Shown here piece after piece: positions 12,081-22,862 of a stretch of 54,666 bases of DNA. This DNA is from Saprolegnia diclina VS20 (Eukaryota), in NCBI RefSeq assembly GCF_000281045.1, contig NW_008246080.1:381844-436509 (forward strand). The letters run 5' to 3'. A model generated the notes under the pieces. That model had not been told where the DNA came from. It was given only the letters and a program-made list of their open reading frames with translations, and did no database searches. Both the position numbers and the translations under genes were made by a program. Positions within the stretch are counted from its first letter, which is position 1, and each line of letters opens with the position of its first letter.

Positions 12081-13298
12081 ACTGCGCCATGCGCTTTTGT
12101 ACGTGTCGACCGTCAAATTTGGTGTTGTTAAATCTGCTACATAATGGCATTCATTCACGTATTTCGTTGTCGTCCGTCGCCGCCTCGGCTAAGAGAGCAA
12201 GGTCCAGGAGTGCGACGACGCGCTGAAGGCCGTCCAAACCCACAGCTTTGTCCCGCTCGCTGTACAAAAGCGTGTGGCTCCCCTTGCCGTGCAAGCAGTG
12301 CCGGCACAAGATCGGGTCGACGTCGTCGCGCTGGNNNNNNNNNNNNNNNNNNNNNNNNNNNNNNNNNNNNNNNNNNNNNNNNNNNNNNNNNNNNNNNNNN
12401 NNNNNNNNNNNNNNNNNNNNNNNNNNNNNNNNNNTGCAAGCCAAGCTCGGGAACCGCTGGGCACAGATCGCCAAGCAAATGCCAGGCCGGTGCGTCGTCT
12501 CGGACGCGTGCGCGGTTGTGCTGAAGATGCGCATGTGTAGGACGGACAATTCAATCAAAAACCACTGGTACTCGTCGCTTCAGCCCAAGATGCGGCACGC
12601 GGCACCGACCCGCAAGCCTGTCGCACGCGCCCCGGTGCCGATGGCGGCCAAGCCGCCAACCATCGTGTCGCCACCACCGCCCCCCGTGTTGGCGCCCGCG
12701 GTCGAGCCCCCCGCGGTGCAAACGCCCCCCACCCCCGAGAAGCCCCCCGTGGTTGAGATGCCGTTGATCAAGAGCGAGCCGTCCGAATCTCCACCGGGCG
12801 TCGAGTCGTGTGAGTTGGAGCCGCCGCTGTTTGAAGCGTTCTCGCCAGTCACGCTGGACACGGCGTACTGGGCCGAGTGGTCGAGCATCCACGAGTCGGC
12901 GTGGGCACACCAGCGCGGCGACTTTGATTTTTTCGAGCTCCACGACGAAGACTTGTCGCTGCTTCCATCGACGCCGACGCTCGACCCGTTTGAGGCGATG
13001 ATCCTCCTCGAGACGCTCCAAGAGCCACCCCTGTAAAATGCGCAATGCGCTTTTGTTCATGTCAATCGTCAAATTTGGAGTTAACGTTATTAAAATCTGC
13101 TATACAATGGCATCCTGTTATGTATCTTCTTTTTCTTCCGCCGCCGCCTCGTCCGCGAGAGCGAGGTCCAGGAGCGCTGCAACGCGCTGGAGGCCGTCCA
13201 AATCCACAGCTTTGTCCCGCTCGCTGTACAAAAGCGTGTGGCTCCCCTTGCCGTGCAAGCAGTGCCGGCACAAGATCGGGTCGACGTCGTCGCGCTGG
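11479..13298. repeat. Two diverged copies (11479-12334 and 12435-13298) of Myb 3' part plus 3' end of the convergent gene, separated by a 100-N gap
   Basis: Both copies start tgcaagccaagctcgggaacc and end cgtcgtcgcgctgg. N run at 12335-12434. Confidence 0.9.
12435..13036 (+). CDS. Second copy (allele or paralog) of the 3R-Myb C-terminal half; 5' end lost in gap
   Basis: QAKLGNRWAQIAKQMPG|RTDNSIKNHW...LQEPPL*, with the same intron as copy 1. Confidence 0.75.
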
Positions 13299-15753
13299 AA
13301 CCCGGCACACGTGCCTGGCACCGTGCACGCAGTGCAGAGCGGGTGGTGCACGTTCAAGTATTGAATGAGCCGAAGGCGTTCCGCTGCGTCGGCTTGCGCG
13401 CGCGCCGCCGCGGCTTTGGCGTCTTCGCGGTCGATTTGCTTTTGGATTGCGGCTTGGCGTTCGGCCGCTATCGCCTTGGCCGCCTCGACCTCTTCTTCGG
13501 ATGGGCCAAGGTATGGTTTGGTTGCAATCACCGTGTACTCGCGTCCACAAGCAACTAGACAAGTTGTTCATAGTCTAGGCGAAATGTCGCATAGTTGTAC
13601 TGGCACAAGGGCGACCGGCAAAATCCGACATGCCTTCGACGACACCCGGGACGGCGCTGAACGTTTCCGGGTTGGTGGCCATTTCCAGTGGGCGGCCAAG
13701 ACACCCGTTCACGTTGCTGCCCCACGTATACACCTAGCCTCGTCGGTCAGCTAGTAGACGATGTAGTGACACCACCTCGTCATCGATCGAGAGCGCTACG
13801 TTGTGGTACATGCCGGCGCAAATCCGCTTCATAAAGACGCTTTGCATGAGAAAGTCGCGCACGAGGCCCGGCGTTGACACCATTTGCTGCCCGCCTTGGG
13901 CCAGCTAGTCGGTATCGTTTCAACCAATAGTGTCATCGAAGAAAGAGACAACTTGTCCATAACGCCCGGTTCCCCACGTGTACACCTACGCAACCCACGT
14001 TGAGATGCCTCGACACAAAGCGAGACAGCGTACAAAGCCGCCTTTGAGCAGCGGCGGGACAAGCAAGATCGCCACCGTGTGCCAACAGCCGCACGCAATG
14101 TGCAGTACAATGTCGCTGGCGAGGGCGTCGACTAGGCGGGGGGTGACTTGCATCGCCAAATCGCCATGCCCAAGACGTCTATAGCCATAACCGCTTTGTC
14201 GCCAATTCAAAAAAGATTCAAACCTACCCGCCGTCGCCGCTGCCCCAAGTGTACATTTGACCGTTGGCGTTGACGATGGCCGCGTGCAAGGCGCCGCAAC
14301 AGATCTACGTAGCATTGGCAAATGGCATAGCTTGCCGCGTAGCTACGTACTTGGGTCACGCGTTGCTTGCGCAGGTGCCGTGACAGTGTCGAGTGGTCGG
14401 ACGAGTTGTACATGGAGCCAAAGCCGAGGATGTCGCCGTCGTCCGAGACGGCGAGCGTGTGGTCGGTCCCGACGGCGATGCCGACAATCACGCACGTCTC
14501 AGGCACCGTTCGCGTCCAGATCACGGGCTCGACCGCGTCGAGTCCGTACTTGATGATCGCACGCTACACCGCTCCTTAGAATGCCGAATCTCAACGATGA
14601 AGCCGGACCCGCGATTGAGCTTCGTTCAAACTGTGCTCGGCTTCGTGTCCGAGCTGGCAGTGGTCGTTTTGGCCCCACGTAAAGACATCGCCATTCTTGG
14701 TTCGCGCGGCGCAGTGCACGCGCCCAACAGAAATCGCCACCACGTCTTCCCCCGAGAGCGACTTGAGCTTCACAGGGGCCGGGATTACATCCGGACGCAA
14801 CGAGACGCTAGCGTCGTCGTCGTCTCCGTCGTCGTCCGTTGCCGCGTCGTCGTCGTTGGCGTCATCGTCGTCGTCGTCGTCGTTGTCTTCATCGTCGTTG
14901 TCGTCATCGTCGTTCTCTGCAGTTGCGGCGTTCTCGTCGTTGGCCGTGGCAGTGCTGCTCGCTGCCGGGGTCGCGGTCGACGCCTTCTTCGTCTTGGGCC
15001 GTGGAAGCCCCGTGGGCCCCGACTTGTTGCCCCAGACGTACACGTCGCCGGCGCGTGTGACGCCAAAGGTAATGTCCGAGTCAAACCCCTGCGTCCATCC
15101 AACATACAGGACAACTTGTCATCGTAGAACGCACCGCGTAGACTTGACTAAAGTGCATGCCACGAGTGCTCTTGATTTGCGTTGGGATGTCATAATTCTC
15201 GCAGTCACCGTGGCCTGTATGGAGAAGATTGTCTTTCATTGAGCGTATCCATTTTGGTACCGAGTTGGCCTTGCGTGCCCGTGCCGCAAGTCCAGAGGCC
15301 GCCGAGTTTGTTGATCCGACGCTCTTCTTTGACTGCGACGTCACGCCGGGCGTCGTCCTCTGCTCACATGAGCCGACGCGACGCCTTTCTTCCTACCTTC
15401 GGCCCGCTGCCGCTCCAGCGACGACGTCAACCGCTCGACCTATGACGTTTACATCGACGTCCGCCGACGGTACATTGGACACACCAAGACGCGCTTCCCG
15501 CCCTTGGGCTCGAGCTCCCGCGCCAAGCACGCGGCGCGAAGCATCTTGACCTTCATGAGCGACAAGCACCGAAAATCGATCTACACAGCCGGTTGGCGCA
15601 GGGTATGGACGCGACGACAACCTTGTCCCACGCATCGCCCGGCAAAATATGCGAGCTCTCAGGCAGCGTCAGGAAGAGCAGCTTGCGCAAGTTGACGGCA
15701 TTCTTCCCCGTCGGCACGCGGATGTCGACCTTCTTCCGCCCAAAGATCGGCAT
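13118..15753 (-). CDS. SAP-like domain + RCC1 repeats (with Asp-rich insert) + C-terminal Cys/His finger (multi-exon)
   Basis: LSLMKVKMLRAACLARELEPKGGKRVLV (SAP-like). RCC1 repeats LWTCGTGTQGQL|GHGD, VAISVGRVHCAARTKNGDVFTWGQNDHCQLGH and LHIACGCWHT. C-terminus CTAC...C.GF...CRHCLH...H. Confidence 0.8.
14812..14940 (-). repeat. Low-complexity (GAC)n-rich tract encoding a poly-Asp insert
   Basis: ENDDDDNDDEDNDDDDDDDANDDDAATDDDGDDDDA. Confidence 0.9.
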
Positions 15754-16309
15754 TTACAAGTTGGATCTTCAACGGACGTAGTTTTACGTCGTTACCTTTC
15801 TATGGTGCTACTTGTTGGTCGTGCCCGGTGATTGACAACTAGATGGTCAAGTTGGAAGACAGAGAATATCGTCGAGTCGAGTGTTCCGTACTGCATACCG
15901 GTACTTATAGCGCTACGATTTCGACAGCATTGCTCATTGCGGCGATAAATACGTTTGTAGAGGTTTTTCACATTCATTTTCGGAGGTATGACGTGGCAAG
16001 CCAGTCGCGAGCGGAGCACGCTGGTCGACTGCAGCGATTGTGGTTCACACTTTCAACTGTACTAGAATATGTGTGCTAGTATAGCCGAAAGTATAGCATA
16101 CTCGGTAGGTATAGGTCAGTACATTATGCTTGCGCGGACTAGGAGACCTACCCCCTCGAAATTCACCGGACCATTACGTGCTTAGTTGTCGACAACCGCG
16201 CAGCACGACCCTTCGCTCTTGAGCCGTACGATGAGATTAATCATTTCAAAAATCAATCCAGCGCCCTTTCTCTCGGCGCGATGATTTCACACCACAATCA
16301 TCCGAGACG

Positions 16310-16786
16310 ATGCAAAGTACGGACGTGAGCACTGCGCCGCGCCTGCTGCGCGTGCAAGTTGCCCGCGTCGTCAACGCGCCCCGCCCTTCGTTTATCGCGG
16401 CGCTCCCGCACAAGCTCTCGGTGACCACAAAGCTGCTTGGCGATGAGTCAACCGAGCACGTCACGCCGCCTCTGAGCGCCGGACCTACGACGGGCTCGGT
16501 CGCATGGGCCCGTGAGGTCTATGTCTTTGAGCTAACAAAAGCCGAGATGCACGACCGCCTCCTCGAGGTGACACTTGTCGAGTCCAACGGCTTTGGGATG
16601 CGCAACATCGTTGGGCGTGCCAGCGTCCCCTTGTCGACATACGAAGCCGATCGAAGCCAAGTGCACGAGATCAAGGTTGCAGTGGAGCACGGCATGCGCA
16701 TTGTGCTGCACATCGATGTCTGGGATTCAGGTGACTCCCACGGCGCCCGACGCCTTCCGGACCCTAAGGCACCTTATACATATTAA
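16310..16786 (+). CDS. Single C2-domain protein (paralog of neighbouring C2-DysF genes)
   Basis: Shares STAPRLLRV...W..EV(Y/F).FELT.AEM..R.LE....G.A.VPL with the neighbours and ends shortly after DVWD. Confidence 0.7.
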   Translation: MQSTDVSTAPRLLRVQVARVVNAPRPSFIAALPHKLSVTTKLLGDESTEHVTPPLSAGPTTGSVAWAREVYVFELTKAEMHDRLLEVTLVESNGFGMRNIVGRASVPLSTYEADRSQVHEIKVAVEHGMRIVLHIDVWDSGDSHGARRLPDPKAPYTY

Positions 16787-16986
16787 CGCGAAAGACATTT
16801 TCCGCGTTGTCTACTGAGATCCGAGGAGTCGACAAGAGGGGAAGAGGACGCGACACCCGATACGGAGGAGGGTTAGGTTGTCTTGTCCAAACCAGTATCT
16901 GCGAGTTGCCCATGGTTGCCTGCACTGCCATACTACAGTGAAGCGACCGGCATGTAATTTTTATGTTATCAAGCTTATCAAGCTAC

Positions 16987-17841
16987 TTAGTAGTCTTCGG
17001 TCATGATTTGGCGCTTGGCGAGGCTCGCTTGGATCGACATGTCGGGCATTGCGACGCTTTGACCGACCACGACGTCGGTCTCAGCCACGACGACCTTGGC
17101 AGGCACCTCCACGGGACGGTACCGGTGCACGAGCCGCCGGCGCCGGACGGGGTACGAAGCGTTCGAGCTGTGCCACGGGCCGGCAAACGACGTGGCGTAG
17201 AACCACCCGCTCTCGTCGGCCGCCCACCCGAGCGACGGGACGCAGTTGTCGGGCGTCGGTGGCACAATCGTCGCCAGTGCATTGCCCGTCTGCGGTCCGC
17301 ACCGGTACACAGGGCGGTCGGACGCTCGCAAATGGCGCTGGCTCCACTCACCCCACACGCAGCGCTGGTGCTCGAACGCCTCGACGTCGACGGCGGCCGC
17401 GTCTTGCGCGACGTCCCACACGTCCATATGCAACTGCAGGCGCAGGTTCGACTCGAGCGCATCAAAGGGCACCTCTTTCGAGTGCACGTGGCTCCGGTCC
17501 ATCTCGAGCGACGACAGCGGGATCTTGGCGCTCCCGAGCACGATGCGCCAGCCGAGGCAGTCGGTCTCGATCAGGACGCATTCGAGGACGCGCGTGTACA
17601 TTTCGGCCTCGGTCAGATCGAATTCGTAGATTTCGTGGTCCCACGCAATGCTGCTGGCGTTTGCGACCGCCGGCGTCACGTGCTCGACGTTGGCCGTCCC
17701 GTGCCCGCGCAGCTTGGTGACGACCGCGAGCTTGACGGGCAGCGATGCCACACACGAGAGGCGCGACGCGCTTACGAGACCGGCCACGTGCACACGCAGG
17801 AGACGCGGCGCCGTGCTGCAAACCTTGGTCGTCGTCGCCAT
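16987..17841 (-). CDS. C2 + DysF (dysferlin/Pex24-type) domain protein
   Basis: The C2 domain (STAPRLLRV...WDHEIYEFDLTEAEMY) is followed by FEHQRCVWGEWS..L..SDR...LGW...GWFYATSFAGPW....VRRRRLV. Confidence 0.8.
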   Translation of the reverse strand: MATTTKVCSTAPRLLRVHVAGLVSASRLSCVASLPVKLAVVTKLRGHGTANVEHVTPAVANASSIAWDHEIYEFDLTEAEMYTRVLECVLIETDCLGWRIVLGSAKIPLSSLEMDRSHVHSKEVPFDALESNLRLQLHMDVWDVAQDAAAVDVEAFEHQRCVWGEWSQRHLRASDRPVYRCGPQTGNALATIVPPTPDNCVPSLGWAADESGWFYATSFAGPWHSSNASYPVRRRRLVHRYRPVEVPAKVVVAETDVVVGQSVAMPDMSIQASLAKRQIMTEDY

Positions 17842-18501
17842 CGTCGTCAAAAGAGGATGGTGTAGCGGACCGTCTTGCACCGACAGCTGGCGCGTCAAAT
17901 TCGGCAGGCTGGACGTTCGGTGTACTCGCTGTGTCTATTGCCACGCAACCCAAGCTGGTTGGCATGTCGCAGATCGTAAAGGTGGTCGGTGTCGCGTCGG
18001 CGACGACGACGTTTTGCTACGTATATCGCGCATGGCCACTTGCTCTATTTGTGCGCTACTGGTAGCGATAACGAAATAGGCGAAAAGCGTCGAGGGACGG
18101 CCATGACCGTGTATTGTCGGTCGCGCATGGTGCAAACTGCGTGTTTCTAGAGCGTCAAAACGAGGCTGATTTGCAAGCTCGAGTTGCTGATGAGTTTGAT
18201 ATTAACGAGACACAAACTAGAATAGCTCGTTGGGTGTCTATAGTCCGCTGGCCTGTGCCGATTGGGTGTATATTGGCGGGTTATCAAGTTCAGCCAATTT
18301 TCAAAAGATTTTTATATGTTGATTTCCCCTTTTTATTATTACATGTTGCTGGAATCAAACTATTGCATACTATATCTCGGTTGGATTTAAATATGGATAA
18401 AATAATATGACGCAATTGCGCCAAAGTGATATAAATGCCACGCGTTTTTGCCGATCTTTTGACGTTTTGACCGACCAGAGATTTTTCTACCACATCGACC
18501 A

Positions 18502-20437
18502 ATGGACCGCAGGCCCGACCGCCTGCTGCGCTTCGAGCTCCACAACGTGGTCGAGGCCGACGCCGTCGTGGCCTCGTCGTGCTTTGGCGGCGTGCTGCAA
18601 AGCGTCGTGTACGCTGAGCTGCGGCTATTGGGGCGTGGCGGCGCGCTCCAGACGGCGTGCGTCCACCCGAGCGAAACCTGGCAGCACCAAGTCTTTGAGT
18701 TTGCGCTCTCGGAAGCCGAGGCCTCGTCTCGTGTCTTGCATGTGACGCTGTATGCCATTGACCTCTTTGGCTTTGCCTCGCGTCTGGGCGAAGCGCACAT
18801 TCCGGTCGGCCCGCTCGACGCCGACAAGCACGTGGTCGAGATACCGCTCGTGCTGCCGCTTCATGAAAGCGACGGTGACAGTGCGATTCAAACGTGCAGC
18901 GTCCGTGCCTCGGCTGCCGTCTGGACATGCGACGACCTTGCGATCGGTGCGACGCTCGATGTGTGGGAGTACGAGCGGTACGCAGAGGCATGGTCAAGCC
19001 AAAACCTCCTGCCCACCGACGCCCGACCTGCCCTCGACGACACGGCGCTGCCAGCCGTGCCGCCAACGCACGTGGCGTCTCTGGGCTGGTTCCCCGAGGT
19101 CCACGCCGGCGACGCCTACGGCTGGTACTACGCGGATACATTTGCTGGACCCTGGCACAACTCGATGAGCGCGAATTGCTACTGTCGCCGACGCCGGCTT
19201 CTCCGTCGAATTCTTCCTGCCGACGTCCAGGCGCAGAAGAAGGTCCTTGCCGATATGCTTCGGCAAGACCACGCAGTGACCGTGCGCGAGCTTTTGGCAG
19301 CGCGGGACGCCCATGCGACGCTCTGTGCGCAGTACCAGCAAGCACAAGACGAGCACGCCGCTGCGATGGAGCGTCAGAAGCGCGAAGCGGCGGCCGCCCT
19401 CGCCACCGCCACCGCCGCGCACCAAGCGACGCTCCAAGTCGTGACCGACGCGCATGCAGCGACGCAAGCCACTCTGGTGGCGCGCACCGCCGACAGTGAA
19501 GCGCTTCGCGCCCGTATCGCCGAACTCGAGCTCGAAACAAGTCGATGGCGGTACGCCAACGAGCAGCGCATCTCGAAGAAGTACGTGCTCCGATTCCAGG
19601 CTCTCGTCTCACTCCATCTTGAACAGACAACTCAAGGTCGACTCGCGCCTCAAGTCGCTCAGCACAGCACCGCGGCTGTTGCGTGTGCAGCTCGTGCGCT
19701 GTGCCGACCTCGCGGCCGCCGACTCGGCGCTCATGGGCGGCAAGAGCGACCCGTACGTGACGTTCTACCTTGGCGACAAGAAATGCAAGAGCACGCAGTT
19801 TTCCAACGAGCTCAACCCGGTGTGGGACCACGAGGTCTTTGAGTTTCAGATTACCGAGGGCGCCATGTACACAGAGATCCTTCAAATCGTCGTGTCGGAC
19901 CACGACACCGTCGGCGCCGACGAAGTGATTGGCACAGCGTCGGTGCCGCTGCAGCCGCTCGAAGACGCCGCTTCCGACAAGAGCAACAACAGTAACAACA
20001 CCGACGGGCAAGACGCCGCGGACGAGGTCGTGCTGCCTCTGGACGTCCCGCCCGAGTTTGCCTCCCAGCGCGTCCACAGCAGTATCGTCTTGCGCTTTGA
20101 AGTGCTCTTGGAGTCGCCGGTGGCGACGCTGCAAGTATGGGAAAATGAACGCTACGCCAGCCGCAAGTGGTCGTCCAACCACTTGCTGCCGTCCGAGCGC
20201 CAGACGTGGAGCGTCGGGTCTGCGTCGCATGCCGAACGCGACGCCGTTGCACCCGCAGTGCCGCCCTCGGCGGTTGGGAGCGCGCTCGGCTGGACCATTG
20301 ACCGCACCCAAGGCGATGTCCACGGCTGGTTTTACGCCAAGTCGTTCGAGGGTCCTTGGGTCAACACGTCCAACTCGTCGAGCGTCGTGCGGCGCCGTGG
20401 GTGGAGCAACCTGTGCCATACCGCAAATGCGTCGTAA
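18502..20437 (+). CDS. C2-DysF-coiled coil-C2-DysF protein (intron 19581-19626)
   Basis: The 46-nt GT-AG intron joins two frames. The second C2 is canonical (DLAAAD...GGKSDPYV...LNPVWD...DHDTVGADEVIG). DysF motifs VWEYERY/VWENERY...GW(Y/F)YA..F.GPW...RRR. Confidence 0.85.
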
Positions 20438-20576
20438 GCGATCCGAGTGGTGTAAATTCGCCGAAACTAAGTTCTGATACATGCTTTTTATGAAAGAAAA
20501 AGTGCATTTGAGAGGTAGTATCAACGTGCAAGTGGCCTCGGCACTATGAAACGAGTACTAGGACACTTGGCAACGA

Positions 20577-21441
20577 CTAGTAGAGCAAGACGTTGTCTGC
20601 ACCGACAGACACAATGTACATACGGTCCCGCGACGCAAAGAGACTGGCGCTGCCAAGGAATACGCGGTCGGACGCCGTGACGCCGGTAAAAAGCATTTGA
20701 CCTAGCCCCGCGCCGAGCACGGTCCCGGTGCCGGGCTCGAAGTACGTGCCAATGGCAGCGCCGACGGCCGACCCGACGACCGCACCGGCAAATCGCAGTA
20801 GCTGCAGCCACGTCGCCGACCAGTACGTGGCCGCGGGCGCCGTCGCGAGCTGCCACTGCAATACGCCTTGCTCAACGACAAAAACGGCGAGTGCTGGGAG
20901 GAGGGCGGCGCGTGCGGCTGTCGGCAGCATGAGGCGAGCGACCGCTGCGCGCTCGCCTTGGTGCCGGACCGACTTGCGCAACGACGAGAGAAAGATGTCC
21001 TTGATAAGCTTGCCTACCATAGTACGCCTTGTTATGAAGTTTATGCACAGGCCAAAGGATCGCACCGGTGGTGCGTGCCGTCAAGTGTTCGATGCACCAG
21101 TCTTCGAGCAGCCGGGTTATCGTCGGGTAGCTCACGGCGCGGCCGACGTTGGCAAGCCACGGTTGCACAAAGGTGTCGCACGTGCAGGCGCCAACCGCAC
21201 TACTTCGCCCCGCGGCCTTGTCGGTCATCGCACGGACAAGCACGAGGTGCGCCTCCATGAGGCCGGCCACGAGCGCCGTGTGCACCAGCGCGTCCGCGCT
21301 CAAGTGGGCCAGAAAGGCGCGCCGATCGACGAGGTAGTCCTTGCCGTAGAAGCGCCGCGAGAGCTCGCGCTTGGCACTGCGGTACGCGCAGCGAAGGAAC
21401 GGGGCCGGGTCCGCGGCAACGACGTCGAGCGTACTCGCCAT
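20577..21441 (-). CDS. Hypothetical membrane protein with C-terminal glycine zipper (intron ~21014-21065)
   Basis: MASTLDVV...HLTARTT|GKLIKD...GAVVGSAVGAAIGTYFEPGTGTVLGAGLG. Confidence 0.7.
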
Positions 21442-21800
21442 TCGCAAGCAACCACCACAATGCTGATAGGGATGATTGTCACGTCCGGTTAACTGTGGGA
21501 GATACCTTTGTCCCAATTTTATCCGGACATGTCACATCCTTCGTTATTGGGATAAACGCATTGTCCCAACAACCGGAACAATTCGCTGCTTTCAAAGCAG
21601 CGGATTGTGGGGTCGAGTAAACCTTGCAACCTCTCGCCCGAGCGCGTTTTAGGGGGTGAACCCAAGGTTTATGTCGTTCTACCTCGGTTTGACGTTGGTG
21701 TCTTCTTGTTTAAACTATTAAACCCAATCAGGCTTTCACCAATGATAGTCGGTCTTGAGATTGCCAAAGTTCAACTCACACCTCAGTTTCAAAAGTGCGC

Positions 21801-22694
21801 ATGGACGCTGGCAGCACGCTTCCGTCTGCAGCTGCATCGCTGCAAGCCGCTGCGTTCCGTGTCCCGTTGTTCGGACTCGCACTCGTCACCACATCGCACC
21901 GCGCGCTCAAGCATGCGAACGGCCAGAAGGACTACCTCGAAGACTACAACCGGCCGATGACACGCTTCTCGCCAACCATGTTGGTGACCACCGCTTACGC
22001 GGCCATCATCGACGCCACTTGGTCCCTTGATGGCAACAACATCAAGAGTTTGGAAGACTTTCCAAAGAAGTGCGTCACGAATGCGACCCGATCGCTGAGC
22101 GTCACGGCCACGCTCTGTGCTCTTGAGGCTGCTTGCGTCAAGTACCTTCCAGCCCGCACCGCCGGTACGCGTCGAGCCCCACTCACCTTTCTCTCTTATG
22201 TTTTTAAAATAATGATAGGCAAGCTCGTCAAAAGTCTCTTGCGGTCGTCGGGTCGCAAGTTCTGCCGCCTCGGTGACCCCACGCTCGTCGCCGAGCGCAT
22301 GTTGATCACCGGTGCTCGCGTCGCGCTGCTGCCGGCCCTTGCTGCGTTTCTCGTCGACGAAGTCCGCCTCCTTAGGTCTGCTTCGGACCTGGCGGCGATG
22401 GTGCGAGGCACACTCTGGCTCGGCTTCCGGTCGATCCGGTCAATCTTCGGCGCCGCGGCCGGCGCGTACCTGGGCGCGCTGATCTCGAGCGCCGAAGGCA
22501 ATGCGACCAAAGCGCTCTGGACACTTGGTTATGTGATTGCGATGGCCGACATCGTGCTCTTCAACCCATCGGTGCTCAACGCGCGGGACGGGTTCAGCTT
22601 GCGCTTTACCCCGAGAGCGCTGGTCACCGTGTTGTCCCCACGACTGGCCTACTGGTTACCGCAAACTACGTTTTTTTTGTCCACATATTGTTAG
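21801..22694 (+). CDS. Hypothetical membrane protein, divergent paralog of the 20577-21441 gene (intron 22165-22218)
   Basis: Shared G.KDYL.D, ART(A/T)|GKL.K..L.S..RK, A..ML.T.AR.ALLPALA.F.V and G.A.GA..G motifs, with an identical intron position. Confidence 0.7.
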   Translation: MDAGSTLPSAAASLQAAAFRVPLFGLALVTTSHRALKHANGQKDYLEDYNRPMTRFSPTMLVTTAYAAIIDATWSLDGNNIKSLEDFPKKCVTNATRSLSVTATLCALEAACVKYLPARTAGTRRAPLTFLSYVFKIMIGKLVKSLLRSSGRKFCRLGDPTLVAERMLITGARVALLPALAAFLVDEVRLLRSASDLAAMVRGTLWLGFRSIRSIFGAAAGAYLGALISSAEGNATKALWTLGYVIAMADIVLFNPSVLNARDGFSLRFTPRALVTVLSPRLAYWLPQTTFFLSTYC

Positions 22695-22805
22695 TCGTAA
22701 TGAACTAGATTTATCCGACTAATACCCCTTCTGGGTAAGCAGTAATATTATACACAACGTCTTGCCTCGCAGTGCAAAGCTCATCATCCCGTGCTCCATC
22801 GTCTC

Positions 22806-22835
22806 TCTGATTGGTCAATATCAACTTCATTTTGG
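22806..22835 (+). promoter_or_regulatory. CCAAT box (TCTGATTGG) and initiator-like TCATTTT upstream of BTB gene
   Basis: TCTGATTGG at 22806-22814 and cttcattttgg at ~22825. Similar CCAAT boxes occur at 38282-38290, 51276-51283 and 53019-53026, each just upstream of a gene. Resembles known oomycete core promoter elements. Confidence 0.55.
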
Positions 22836-22862
22836 CCAATCCATACTCGTGTAGTTGGTAAC

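Noticed and set aside
18290..20524. Long antisense ORFs (also 35328-36752, 29095-30108, 45133-46050, 53449-54666)
   Set aside because: These are shadow ORFs opposite well-supported genes with GC-rich codon usage and show no domain signal.
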